In this document: positions 1 through 9,567 of the stretch, piece by piece
How positions within the stretch are numbered: the stretch's first letter is position 1
Layout of the letters: the number at the start of each line of letters is the position of its first letter
Origin: Acidimicrobiales bacterium
GTDB taxonomy: Bacteria; Actinomycetota; Acidimicrobiia; Acidimicrobiales; RAAP-2
DNA length: 62,060 nucleotides
Assembly: GCA_049511155.1 (NCBI GenBank)
Contig: JBEKYI010000001.1
Location: forward strand, 1-62,060
Direction: 5' to 3'
Notes under the pieces: model-generated
Told to the model about the DNA's origin: nothing
The model's database searches: none
Seen by the model: the letters and a program-made list of their open reading frames with translations, nothing else
Program-made: the position numbers and the translations under genes

Positions 1-404
1 GGACGCTTTTCGATGAGTTCAAAGAGTCCTGACTCACTGCGCGAGATCTCCTCGCGGGCATAGAAGATCCACGTGACGTCGCTGGAGCGCGGCGTTTCCT
101 CCATCGCCAGCGCGAGCATCACGGCGAGCGAGCCCTTCATGTCGCACGACCCCAGTCCCGTGAGTACGTCGCCATCTACGGTCGCCAAGCTGGCGTCGCC
201 GGGCACCGTGTCAAGGTGACCGGCGACGATGACGCGCGACGCGCGATCACCCATCGTGCGCGCCACGACGTTGTCGCCAATGCGATCCACCTTCAAGGAG
301 CCGTTGGTGCGCAGGGCCTTCTCCACGTGGTCCGCCAGGGCTGACTCGTGACGACTCACCGAACTAATCGACACCAACTCATAGACGTCGCCGAGGCGAC
401 TCAC
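1..404 (-). CDS. dapE: Succinyl-diaminopimelate desuccinylase (5' part; runs off window)
   Basis: Manual translation from GTG at 404 (GTGA overlap with dapD stop): MSRLGDVYELVSISSVSRHE...GDNVVAR...AGHLDTVP...GLGSCDMKG...FYAREE. These are M20 peptidase metal motifs; the gene follows dapD. Confidence 0.9.
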   Translation of the reverse strand, partial: MSRLGDVYELVSISSVSRHESALADHVEKALRTNGSLKVDRIGDNVVARTMGDRASRVIVAGHLDTVPGDASLATVDGDVLTGLGSCDMKGSLAVMLALAMEETPRSSDVTWIFYAREEISRSESGLFELIEKR

Positions 405-1225
405 ATCGACACGCCATGGTCGCGCAAGACATCGTTGAGCGCCGCCTTGTTGTGCCGCTCGCCCTCCGCGAGACGCTTGATCACCAGGACAGACGGCAAG
501 TAGAACTCGCCCCCGGGATACTCGCGGCGGCGACTGGCAGAGATGGCGACGCAGTAGTCGGGGACGTAGCCTCTCGAGATCTCTTCCCCGGTCTCGGCGT
601 CATAGACGGGAATCGAGGGACTCAGCATGGTCCCCGTTCCAACCACCGATCCTCGGCCCACCCGAGCCCCTTCGACGATCATGCTGCGACTGCCGATAAA
701 GGCGTCATCTTCAATCACGACGGGTACGGCATTGGCTGGCTCGAGAACGCCGCCGATCCCCACGCCGCCGGACAGGTGAACATTCTCACCGATATGTGCG
801 CAACTACCCACCGTGGCCCAGGTGTCGACCATCGTGTTCGCGCCCACCCAGGCACCGATATTGACGAAACTGGGCATCAACACCACACCCGGGCTGAGAT
901 AGCTGCCGTAGCGCGCAATCGCACCCGGCACCGCGCGTACTCCGCGACGCGCGTAGTCCGTCTTCAGGTCGAGCTTGTCCAGATACTCAAAGGGTCCCGA
1001 CTCGCTCGCTTCGAGTCCCCGCAACCGAAAGAGGAGCAAAATTGCCTGCTTGGTCCACTCATTCACCACGACGGTTCCGTCGGCTTCGATATCGCAGACG
1101 CGCACCTGTCCGTCGTCGAGCTTGGTGATGACCAACTCCACGTCGCGACGTGCCTCGGTGTTCTCAGGCGTTATCTCGCCGATCTGCTCGTACCAGTTGC
1201 CGATGCGGGATTCGAGATTGCTCAC
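401..1225 (-). CDS. dapD: 2,3,4,5-tetrahydropyridine-2,6-dicarboxylate N-succinyltransferase
   Basis: VNEWTKQAILL, RAVPGAIAR, LMPSFVNIGA, DTWATVGSCA, HLSGGVGIGGVLEP hexapeptide-repeat motifs. Confidence 0.95.
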   Translation of the reverse strand: MSNLESRIGNWYEQIGEITPENTEARRDVELVITKLDDGQVRVCDIEADGTVVVNEWTKQAILLLFRLRGLEASESGPFEYLDKLDLKTDYARRGVRAVPGAIARYGSYLSPGVVLMPSFVNIGAWVGANTMVDTWATVGSCAHIGENVHLSGGVGIGGVLEPANAVPVVIEDDAFIGSRSMIVEGARVGRGSVVGTGTMLSPSIPVYDAETGEEISRGYVPDYCVAISASRRREYPGGEFYLPSVLVIKRLAEGERHNKAALNDVLRDHGVSM

Positions 1226-1247
1226 GCCACCAGCGTAGTTTGGGGAC

Positions 1248-2351
1248 TTAGGACGCCCTCAGACGAGCGGCGGCGAGTTCGAGGCGCTCATCGGGTTGCA
1301 CGACGGCGATGCGTACGAAGTCGCGACCGGCGTCCCCGTAGAGTTCGCCCGGACTCGTGACGAGTCCCGATCGCTCCGCGAGCATCGCGGCGATCCCCCA
1401 ACCATCCATGCCTTCTTTCGAACACCACAGATAGAACGCTCCCTCGGGCGTCGGGGCAGTGACGCCCACTGACTCCAGCGCCAAAGCGAGACCTTCGAGA
1501 CGCGACCAATACCGATCGCGCTGGATATTCACGTGTTCGTCGTCGCCGTAGGCCAAGGCGACCGCCGCCTGCACGGGACCGGGAACCATCAGACCCGCGT
1601 GCTGACGCACGCTGCGCAGGTAGCGCACCACCTCGGGGTCACCGGTATAGAAGCCGGCGCGAACCCCGGCCAGGTTCGATCGCTTCGAGATGGAGTGCAC
1701 CGCGAGAACACTGTCGGAGCCGTACTCAAGTACCGTTCGTGGCGACGAGGCCCACGTGTATTCGCAGTAACACTCGTCGCTCGCCACGAGAACGTCGTTC
1801 GCTCTTCCCCAGTGGGCGACACGCTCGAGATCGTCGAGTTGTCCACTCGGGTTAGCCGGTGAGTTCGCCCACAGCACCAACGCCCGTCTCGCGTCATTCG
1901 GGTCGATCGACGATAGATCCAACTGACCCTTCACCAACGCAACGGGCACCGAGCGTAGTCCGGCGAGCGTCGCACTCATGGCGTAGGTGGGATAGCTGAC
2001 CGCGGGATACAGAACGGTGTCGCGATCGGGTGAGCGCAAGTGCAGGTATCCCGCGAGTGAGGCCACGAACTCCTTGGTGCCGACGCAGGCGGCCAGATCG
2101 TTCGCCGAGGCGTCGACACCGAATCGTCGGGCCAGCCAACCCGCGGCGGCCTCGCGAAAGTTCGCCGTCCCGGCCGAGGGTGGATACCCTCTCGCCCCCA
2201 CGCCACGGGCTAACTCCTCGATGACAAAGTCCGGTGGCGGATCCATCGGCGTTCCAATGGAACAGTCGATGGCCCCACCCTCAAACTCCGACGCCACCTC
2301 CTTGAGACCATCCAGGCGCTCATAGGGGTACGCCGGGGGCGAAAAACTCAC
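1248..2351 (-). CDS. dapC: Class I/II PLP aminotransferase, N-succinyldiaminopimelate aminotransferase
   Basis: NSPANPSG, SDECY and HSISKRSNLAGVRAG (PLP Lys) motifs; lies upstream of dapD/dapE. Start chosen at the GTG overlapping the hflX stop (alternative 2366). Confidence 0.88.
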   Translation of the reverse strand: MSFSPPAYPYERLDGLKEVASEFEGGAIDCSIGTPMDPPPDFVIEELARGVGARGYPPSAGTANFREAAAGWLARRFGVDASANDLAACVGTKEFVASLAGYLHLRSPDRDTVLYPAVSYPTYAMSATLAGLRSVPVALVKGQLDLSSIDPNDARRALVLWANSPANPSGQLDDLERVAHWGRANDVLVASDECYCEYTWASSPRTVLEYGSDSVLAVHSISKRSNLAGVRAGFYTGDPEVVRYLRSVRQHAGLMVPGPVQAAVALAYGDDEHVNIQRDRYWSRLEGLALALESVGVTAPTPEGAFYLWCSKEGMDGWGIAAMLAERSGLVTSPGELYGDAGRDFVRIAVVQPDERLELAAARLRAS

Positions 2352-3637
2352 GCCGACACCCGCCACTCGCTGAAGCGCGCCGCGCCCACTGCGTCCAAGA
2401 CCACGTGTATCAGCACACCGTCGTCGTTCACCGTGGTGTCCAGGACGTCGCCTTCACGATGCGCGGCCGCGAGCAGATCACCCCGGTCCAGGGGAAGCTG
2501 CAACGTGAGCACACGGTCGCGCGAGCGCAGGCGCTCGGCCACGTGATCGATCACCTCGTCGAGGTTCTCCCCCGTCAGAGCCGATACCCATACCCCGTCG
2601 TAGATCTTGGCGAGGTCCTTGGCCCGCGAGCCCGGCACGTCGGCCTTGTTGAAGACGAGTAGCTCGGGCACGTGCTCGGCGCCGATCTCAATGAGAACGT
2701 CGCGCACCGCCGCAATCTGCTCCTCGGCCCTGTCACTCGACCCATCGACGACGTGGACCAAGAGGTCGGCCAGCTGCACGGAGTTCAGGGTGCTCATGAA
2801 GGCCTCCACCAGTTCGTGGGGCAGATTCGAGATGAACCCGACGGTGTCGGTGAAGAGCACCGTCTCACCACCGGGCAGTTGGCGCTGGCGCGTGCGCGGA
2901 TCCAGCGTGACAAACAGGCGGTTCTCCACTTCTACCCCCGCGTGGGTCAGCGCGTTCAACATCGAGGATTTGCCGGCGTTGGTGTACCCCACGAGAGTGA
3001 CTTCGCGGTGGCGACCGCGCTCGCGACCCTGACGCTGCACCTGGCGTGTTCGATCAATCTGCTTGAGTTCTCGGCGAATGTGATGAATGCGCTGGACGAG
3101 ACGGCGACGATCGACTTCGAGTTGGGTCTCGCCGGGACCGCGGGTGCCAATGCCACCCGCCTGCTGGGAGAGCGATCCGCCGGCTCGTCGCAAGCGCGGC
3201 AGCCGGTACTGCAATAGGGCGAGCTCGACCTGGGCTTTGCCCTCTGGGGTACGCGCGTTCTGGGCGAAGATGTCCAGGATCACCGCCGTGCGGTCGATCG
3301 CCGTGCGCCCGAGGATCTTTTCCAGGTTGCGTTGCTGGGCGGGGCTGAGCGAGTCTTCAAAGACGACCGTGTCGGCGTCCAGGGCGAGACAGACGTCGCG
3401 CAACTCCTTCACCTTGCCCGAACCAAGGTAGGTCGCGGGGTCGGGTGCGTCGCGACGTTGGACGACCCGCGCCACGACGTCCGCGCCGGCGGTATCCACG
3501 AGAAGAGCCAGTTCGTCGAGCTGGCGGTCGAGGTCGTCTTCACTGGTTCCGGGAAACAGGACCCCCACCAGAACGATCTTCTCTCGGATACTGCGGTCAA
3601 TGAGAGTGTCGGGAATGTACGTCAAGCTTCGAGCCAC
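2348..3637 (-). CDS. hflX: Ribosome-splitting GTPase HflX
   Basis: DRTAVILDIFAQNA, GIGTRGPGETQLEVDRR, GYTNAGKS, DTVGFI, NKAD. Start at GTG 3637 (MARSLTY), overlapping the dapF end. Confidence 0.95.
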   Translation of the reverse strand: MARSLTYIPDTLIDRSIREKIVLVGVLFPGTSEDDLDRQLDELALLVDTAGADVVARVVQRRDAPDPATYLGSGKVKELRDVCLALDADTVVFEDSLSPAQQRNLEKILGRTAIDRTAVILDIFAQNARTPEGKAQVELALLQYRLPRLRRAGGSLSQQAGGIGTRGPGETQLEVDRRRLVQRIHHIRRELKQIDRTRQVQRQGRERGRHREVTLVGYTNAGKSSMLNALTHAGVEVENRLFVTLDPRTRQRQLPGGETVLFTDTVGFISNLPHELVEAFMSTLNSVQLADLLVHVVDGSSDRAEEQIAAVRDVLIEIGAEHVPELLVFNKADVPGSRAKDLAKIYDGVWVSALTGENLDEVIDHVAERLRSRDRVLTLQLPLDRGDLLAAAHREGDVLDTTVNDDGVLIHVVLDAVGAARFSEWRVSA

Positions 3638-4395
3638 TCCACGTCCGCCACGAACTGCACCGGGCCGCTCAACGTCGCGCGCGATCCGTCTAGTTTCACC
3701 GTGAGGGTGCCACCGGGATTGTCCACGTGTGCGTAATCGCCACTCACGTGGTGGCGCCGCGCCAGAGCCGCCACCGCACACGACCCGGTGCCACAGGCCA
3801 GGGTCCAACCGACGCCACGCTCAATCACGCGTATCGCGAGGCGACCGGGACTCAGGACGCGCACAAACTCAACGTTCGCCCCGCCCATCTGGGCGGCGAA
3901 CTTAGCCGCCAGCTCCTCGCGCGTCGCGTCACTCCAGCGGTCGTCGTCCAAGACTGCTACATGGGGGTTGCCCACATAGGCCACACCCCACGCTCCCTCG
4001 AGGTCCTCGCCGAAGGTCACGTCGCCCATCTCGACGCTGCCAAAGCCCGAGACGTCGCCGTCCATGATGAGTCGTACCGTCTTTTCGCCCGCGTCCGTCG
4101 TGATGACCAGTTCGTCCGCTCCGGAGTGAGTGGCCCGGCGAACTGCGGCGGCGAGGCAGCGAGCCCCGTTGCCCGACATCTCGGCCCGGGAACCGTCGGC
4201 GTTGAAGAGGGTCATCGTGACGCCCTCGCTCAGTTCGGCCACCAAGAGTCCGTCCGCGCCGATTCCCGTGGCGCGAGCGCAGACCTCGCGCACGTGTTCG
4301 CTCGTCCACGGTCGCGCCTCGCCCGCACGTTGCACGTCCACGAGGAAGTCATTCCCCGCGCCCTGCCACTTTTGGAGTGATCGCGTTGTCACCAT
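3622..4395 (-). CDS. dapF: Diaminopimelate epimerase (first catalytic Cys replaced by Ser)
   Basis: GAGNDF, GIGADG, FNADGSRAEMSGNGARC, GNPH, NVEF, ERGVGWTLACGTG; canonical miaA-dapF-hflX order. Confidence 0.9.
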   Translation of the reverse strand: MVTTRSLQKWQGAGNDFLVDVQRAGEARPWTSEHVREVCARATGIGADGLLVAELSEGVTMTLFNADGSRAEMSGNGARCLAAAVRRATHSGADELVITTDAGEKTVRLIMDGDVSGFGSVEMGDVTFGEDLEGAWGVAYVGNPHVAVLDDDRWSDATREELAAKFAAQMGGANVEFVRVLSPGRLAIRVIERGVGWTLACGTGSCAVAALARRHHVSGDYAHVDNPGGTLTVKLDGSRATLSGPVQFVADVEWLEA

Positions 4396-4396
4396 T

Positions 4397-5174
4397 TCAG
4401 TCTCGCACGAACCCATCAGGATCATTCAGCACCGCTACCAGGCGCGCGGCGGCAGCACTCGGATCCTCGAACCACTCGACCCGGGGATCACGGCGAAACC
4501 AGGAGCGCTGTCGTCGGGCCAGGCGGCGACTGTGGGTGATGGCGTCGCTCACGCACGCCTCAAGCGGCTGGGCACCTTCGATGTGCGAGAGGATCTGGCG
4601 ATAGCCCACGGCTTGGCGTGCGGTACGACCCATTCCCCCGGGACGCTGGAGGAGGGCTTCGACTTCTTCGACTAATCCTTGATCCATCCAGCGGCGGAAT
4701 CTCAGCTCGATGCGCTCGTCCAGTACCTCCAGGGGAACATCAAGCCCAACCTGGATCACGCGCGCGGGGCCATACGTCATGAGCCCCTCGCCGTAGGACG
4801 AAAACGGTCGACTCGAACCGAGAGTGACCTCGAGGGCCCGTACCACACGACGTTCGTTCGTGGGCTCCATTCGACTCGCCGAGAGAGGATCGAGCTCGGC
4901 GAGTTCGGCGTAGAGCGACGCCAAGTTGGTGGTGGCGCGCTCTTCTAACTCGCGGCGAACCTCGGGGTACCGCCCGGGGATGTCCAGATCATCGAGAACC
5001 GCTCGCCCGTACAGCCCGGTACCGCCGACGAAAAGCACGCGACGCCCCGCACATGGCGTCCACGCTCACAATGTCGACGTTGCCCTGGGCGATCGCCAAC
5101 TCATGGGCGAGCGCCGACTTACCGGACGCGGTGGCCCCCACGAGGGCGACCGCGGGACCTCGTAGGGATCTCAC
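4397..5174 (-). pseudogene. miaA: tRNA dimethylallyltransferase, disrupted by internal deletion and frameshift near 5051
   Basis: N-terminal part (GATASGKS P-loop...IVSVDAM) is in one frame. C-terminal part (GRRVLFVGGTGLY...RRVVRALEV...QAVGY...RRLARRQRSWFR) is in another frame directly after. The conserved VYRGMDIGTAKP...HHL segment is absent. Confidence 0.85.
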
Positions 5175-6565
5175 GAAGAGAGCAGTGGCACGCGAATCTT
5201 GTGACGAGGCGCCCTCAGCACCTCGTGCACCTCGCCCATGAGGTAGTACGGCGCGCCGTAGGTGACGTCCACACTCGCCAGTGACCCCGCACGCAGGGGC
5301 GCGTCGCTGACGGGAAAGTGGATGAGCTTGCCTTGGCGAGTGCGTCCCGAGAGCATCTGGTCGTTGCGCCGCGACGGCCCTTCCACCAGCACCTCTTCGC
5401 GCACACCCACCCTCGCCTGGTGACGGCGCAAGGCCGAGCGGTCGGTGACGTCCTTCAAGCGTTCGAAGCGCTCCTTGATGACGTCGTTCGCGACGAATGA
5501 GTCCGTCATCTGCGCTCCGCGGGTTCCCTCGCGCGGCGAGAAGATGAACGTGTAGGCGAGGTCGAACTCACAGTGCGCGACGACCTCGAGGGTCTCGTCG
5601 AACTCCGCGTCGCTCTCGCCCGGGAATCCCACGATGAGGTCCGTGGTGACGGCGAGGTCGGGAATCGACGCCCGGGCCGCGTCGAGTTTTTCGAGGTACC
5701 GCTCGACGCGATATCCGCGACGCATGGCACTCAGCACGCGGTTCGATCCGGATTGCAGCGGCAGGTGCAGTTGATTACAGACGTTGGGCGTCTCGGCCAT
5801 CGCGGCGATCGTCTCGGGTCGAAGGTCCTTGGGATGAGGACTGGTAAAGCGCACCCGCTCCAGACCCTCGATCTCGCCCAGTGCGCGCAGCAGCTCGGCA
5901 AAGAGCGGTCGCCGTCCGGTGATGTCTCGTCCGTACGAGTTGACGTTTTGGCCCAGAACCGTGATCTCGGTCACACCCCGCTCGGCGAGGATCGCCGCTT
6001 CCTCCAGGAGGTCTTCGAGGGGCCGGCTGATCTCGCCCCCTCGCACACTGGGCACGATGCAGTACGCGCACGTGTTGTCGCATCCCGTCTGGATCGTCAT
6101 CCACGCGGCAAAGCTCAACTCGCGCACCGCGTAGAGCGCGGGCGCCATGTCGCGACTGGTCACGGGATCGGGCGCGTCGAGGATCTCCACGAGCGGACCT
6201 TCGCTCATCGAGCGACGCAGGAGAGACGGGGCTGCGTTGAGATTGTGGGTCCCGAAGACCACGTCGACCCAGCCCGCGCGTTCCACGATGGACCCGCGAT
6301 CCTTCTGGGCCATGCACCCACCCACGGCAATCTGCATGCCGGGACGAGACTCCTTGAGCGCCTTGAGCTGGCCGAGCGCGCTGTAGAGCTTGAGGTCAGC
6401 GTTCTCACGAATCGTGCAGGTATTGAGCACGATGACGTCCGCCTCGAGGTCCGTCTCGGCGGGGACGAGTCCGTCGGCGACCAGTAGCCCGGCCAGCCGC
6501 TCGGAGTCGTGCTCGTTCATTTGGCACCCGAACGTGCGAATCGAGAATGTGCGCGGTTCTGCCAC
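5171..6565 (-). CDS. miaB: tRNA-2-methylthio-N6-dimethylallyladenosine synthase
   Basis: TFGCQMNEHDSE, NTCTIRENA, CDNTCAYC radical SAM motif, RFTSPHP, C-terminal TRAM domain. Confidence 0.96.
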   Translation of the reverse strand: MAEPRTFSIRTFGCQMNEHDSERLAGLLVADGLVPAETDLEADVIVLNTCTIRENADLKLYSALGQLKALKESRPGMQIAVGGCMAQKDRGSIVERAGWVDVVFGTHNLNAAPSLLRRSMSEGPLVEILDAPDPVTSRDMAPALYAVRELSFAAWMTIQTGCDNTCAYCIVPSVRGGEISRPLEDLLEEAAILAERGVTEITVLGQNVNSYGRDITGRRPLFAELLRALGEIEGLERVRFTSPHPKDLRPETIAAMAETPNVCNQLHLPLQSGSNRVLSAMRRGYRVERYLEKLDAARASIPDLAVTTDLIVGFPGESDAEFDETLEVVAHCEFDLAYTFIFSPREGTRGAQMTDSFVANDVIKERFERLKDVTDRSALRRHQARVGVREEVLVEGPSRRNDQMLSGRTRQGKLIHFPVSDAPLRAGSLASVDVTYGAPYYLMGEVHEVLRAPRHKIRVPLLSS

Positions 6566-6616
6566 CTGATTAGCCTAACGGTGCCCATTTGGAGCCCAGG
6601 GCGGCCACGGCGACAC

Positions 6617-7495
6617 CTAGGGAGCGACGCCGACCCCACCGACGCTGGAGTCATAGGTGACGGCCACTCCGGCCACCATCACGCAGGCCAATCCCACAAA
6701 GTCCCAGACGCTCACTGTCTGATTCAACAGCAACCAACCGATGAGAAAGGCGACCGCCGGATCGAAGGCCAGCAGGACCCCAGCGATCGAGGAATGCACG
6801 CGGCGCAGTCCCTGCAAGTCCGCCCCGAAGCTCAGCACGATCGCCATGACGGCCACGATGGCCAAGCGCGCCAACGTGTCGGGATGGCTGAAGAGTTGGC
6901 TGGTCTTGGGTAGGGAGAATGGCAGCGTCACGATCGCGGCGATCGACATCGAGACCGCCAGTCCGTCGAAGCCACGCGTGAGCCCACCCACCCGAGCGGC
7001 CGAGATCACATAGAGCGCCCACCCTAAACCCGAGCCCGCGGCAAAGAGAACGCCGACGAGCGTTAGCCCATTACCCGGGTGAGTCAGCGCGAGGACGCCG
7101 AGGCCCGCGAGCACGACGAAGGCGAAGTGGCGCAGACTGCGCCGACCTAACGCCGCCACGCACAGGGGGCCCAAAAACTCGATGGCGACGGCTCCCCCGA
7201 GCGGAATACGGGCGAGGGCTTGGTAGAAGCACTGGTTCATGAACGCCGTGGAGACGCCCAGCGCGCAGGCCCCGATCCACTGGGTTCGCGACCAAGACCG
7301 CACATGCGGTCGCGTGATGACGATCAAGACGACGGCCCCGATAAGAAAGCGCCAAGCGCTGGTCGCCGAGGCGCCGAGCACCGGAAAAACTGGCACCACC
7401 AATGCCGCACTCCACTGAACGAGAACCACCCCGGCTAGGAGAAACCCTGCGCCGCTCAGCGTCCGTAGGTCGACGCGGGCGACGCGATCGTTCAA
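6617..7495 (-). CDS. EamA/DMT transporter, RhtA-like
   Basis: About 10 hydrophobic segments; FYQALARIPLGGAVAIEFLGPL is typical of RhtA-type EamA proteins; TTGA overlap with the thrB stop. Confidence 0.85.
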   Translation of the reverse strand: MNDRVARVDLRTLSGAGFLLAGVVLVQWSAALVVPVFPVLGASATSAWRFLIGAVVLIVITRPHVRSWSRTQWIGACALGVSTAFMNQCFYQALARIPLGGAVAIEFLGPLCVAALGRRSLRHFAFVVLAGLGVLALTHPGNGLTLVGVLFAAGSGLGWALYVISAARVGGLTRGFDGLAVSMSIAAIVTLPFSLPKTSQLFSHPDTLARLAIVAVMAIVLSFGADLQGLRRVHSSIAGVLLAFDPAVAFLIGWLLLNQTVSVWDFVGLACVMVAGVAVTYDSSVGGVGVAP

Positions 7496-8337
7496 CGCGT
7501 GACCAGACCCGCGCGATCCGCGTCGAGGGTGAAGACCTCACCGGGAATCGATCGGGAGTGCAAGAACTCCTTGGCCGACAGCGCGACCTCGGGCGCGTTC
7601 TCACTCATGACGAGGCCGAGCATCGAGGACCCGGCACCCGACCAGCACGAGCCCGCCGCCCCCGCCTCGCGCAACACGCCCAGCAGTTCATCGGCGAAGG
7701 GCAACAACTCCGCGCGGTAGGGCTGGTGCAGGACGTCCTCCATCGACGACGCCACGAACTTGGCGTGATCGCCCAGGCCCGCGATCAGCAGGCCGAGCGC
7801 ACTCAAGTTGTGCACGGCGTCGCTAAAGAGCACCCGTTCGGGAAGTGCGCGCCGCGCATCACTGGTGGCCAGTTCCTGATCGGGCACCACCACCACGAAG
7901 CGCCACGCGTCATCGAGCGGCAGCGAGCGCGCGACCACGTTCTCACCCTCCACTCGCGCGACCACCAGTCCCCCCAGGACCGACGCCGCCGCGTTCTCGG
8001 CGTGACCGTCGAGTGTGGCAGCCACGCTCAAGGGATCGGCCGCTCCCGCGGCCGCGGCCGCCGCCACGGCGAGTGCAGCCGACGAACCCAACCCGCGCGA
8101 CAACGGGATCGTCGAGCTCACGTGCACCGCGAAGTTCGAGTGTCCCAGGACACTCCTTGCAACCCGTGCGGCTAAGTGATTCTCGTCATCGTGGAGCCCG
8201 GCCCCGCACCCCTCGCTCGAGATGTCGAACTCATCGGCGAGATCGAGGGTGACCTCCACATAGAGGCCAAGGGCGACGGCCAACGTGTCAAAGCCCGGCC
8301 CGAGGTTGGCCGAGGTCGCTGGAGCACGCGAAAACAT
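7492..8337 (-). CDS. thrB: Homoserine kinase
   Basis: APATSANLGPGFDTL, IPLSRGLGSSAA (GHMP motif), GHAENAA, LHQPYR, SGAGSS. Confidence 0.93.
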   Translation of the reverse strand: MFSRAPATSANLGPGFDTLAVALGLYVEVTLDLADEFDISSEGCGAGLHDDENHLAARVARSVLGHSNFAVHVSSTIPLSRGLGSSAALAVAAAAAAGAADPLSVAATLDGHAENAAASVLGGLVVARVEGENVVARSLPLDDAWRFVVVVPDQELATSDARRALPERVLFSDAVHNLSALGLLIAGLGDHAKFVASSMEDVLHQPYRAELLPFADELLGVLREAGAAGSCWSGAGSSMLGLVMSENAPEVALSAKEFLHSRSIPGEVFTLDADRAGLVTR

Positions 8338-8341
8338 CAGT

Positions 8342-9565
8342 TCAGCGTAGGCGCTGGAGAAGCGTGGGGGCACTGAGCGAACCCAACGCGCGCAGCACCA
8401 GCGTCGCGTGCACCGGTCCACTCAGAAAGAGACGACCGACGATTTCGTTGCGACGAACATTGCGAGTGATACGTCGCAGATGCACGCGCACGTGCAGTTG
8501 TCCTTGTGCGGGCCACCACCAATACTCTCGCGACGTCGTGAGCCCGAAGCCCACGCGCCGTCCGTCGTAGGCGATCTCGCCAAAGGCGCGATGGGCAGCC
8601 AACGTGTAGTGCTGGCGACTGGCCACGGCCGAGTTCGCCAGGGCCAGGGCCGCCTCGCCCGCCGGGGTCAACAGGTCGCCTCCCTGCTGGCCCAGAACCA
8701 CGGCGTAGAGCACGTGCGTGGCGTCCCCATCACGAAAGGTGACCGCCATCACATCGCACCCGCCCGCAGCCAGCGTCCGCCCCGACTTCACGCCAATCAC
8801 GTTGTCGATTCCCACGTCGGGGGTGAAGGAGTTCTCGACGCCGCCTACGGGCAGGATCACGCTCGTTTGAATCACGATCGATCGCACCAGCGCCGAGGTC
8901 ATGATCACCGCGGCGAGGCGCGCTTGATCGGTCGCGGTGGAGACGTCCTCGTCCGACAGTCCCGTGACGTCCACGTATGTCGTTTGGGTCAGGCCCAGCG
9001 CCTGAGCTTCCTCGTTCATCAGTGCCACGAAGTCGCTGTTCGAGTCGTCCACCATGTTGGCGAGCATGACGGCGTAGTTCGCCGCCGAGTGAACGAGCAC
9101 GCCTTCGAGCAGTTGATACTCACAGAGCTGCTCACCCACTGCGACGGGCACGCTGGACGCGTCGAGGCCGATCAGCTGGTTGTAGGTCTGCATGTCCTCG
9201 CTGGTGACGATGTGACACGGTCCGGCTTCACCGATCGAAAGCGGCAGACGCTTTAGAGCGACGTACGCAGTCATCATCTTGGTGAGACTCGCGATCGGCA
9301 CGACCGCTTGGTGATAGCTCGTCAGCACCCCCAAGGACGGGATGTCGAGCGCGGCCGAACCCACACTGGGCCAGACGAGCGACGCCGACGTCGCCGACGT
9401 GACGGTCGTCGGTAGGGCGACGTAGGTACGCGCCGGACGGTGCAACAGTGGGATCTGCATCGCCACTACGCCAGCGACGGCGATGATCGCACCGAGCAGC
9501 ACGCCGACGAAGCGCGTGAAGAGACCGCGTCGGCGCGGATGGGGTGCAGCCGAGTGACGCGCCAA
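8342..9565 (-). CDS. D-alanyl-D-alanine carboxypeptidase family (peptidase S11)
   Basis: N-terminal TM/signal segment, PIASLTKMMT (SxxK), HSAANYA (degenerate SxN), GVKSG (KTG-like). Confidence 0.85.
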   Translation of the reverse strand: MARHSAAPHPRRRGLFTRFVGVLLGAIIAVAGVVAMQIPLLHRPARTYVALPTTVTSATSASLVWPSVGSAALDIPSLGVLTSYHQAVVPIASLTKMMTAYVALKRLPLSIGEAGPCHIVTSEDMQTYNQLIGLDASSVPVAVGEQLCEYQLLEGVLVHSAANYAVMLANMVDDSNSDFVALMNEEAQALGLTQTTYVDVTGLSDEDVSTATDQARLAAVIMTSALVRSIVIQTSVILPVGGVENSFTPDVGIDNVIGVKSGRTLAAGGCDVMAVTFRDGDATHVLYAVVLGQQGGDLLTPAGEAALALANSAVASRQHYTLAAHRAFGEIAYDGRRVGFGLTTSREYWWWPAQGQLHVRVHLRRITRNVRRNEIVGRLFLSGPVHATLVLRALGSLSAPTLLQRLR

Positions 9566-9567
9566 AA

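Noticed and set aside
5030-5060. Programmed frameshift explaining split miaA
   Set aside because: A frameshift alone cannot restore the ~50 missing conserved residues, and no slippery heptamer is evident.
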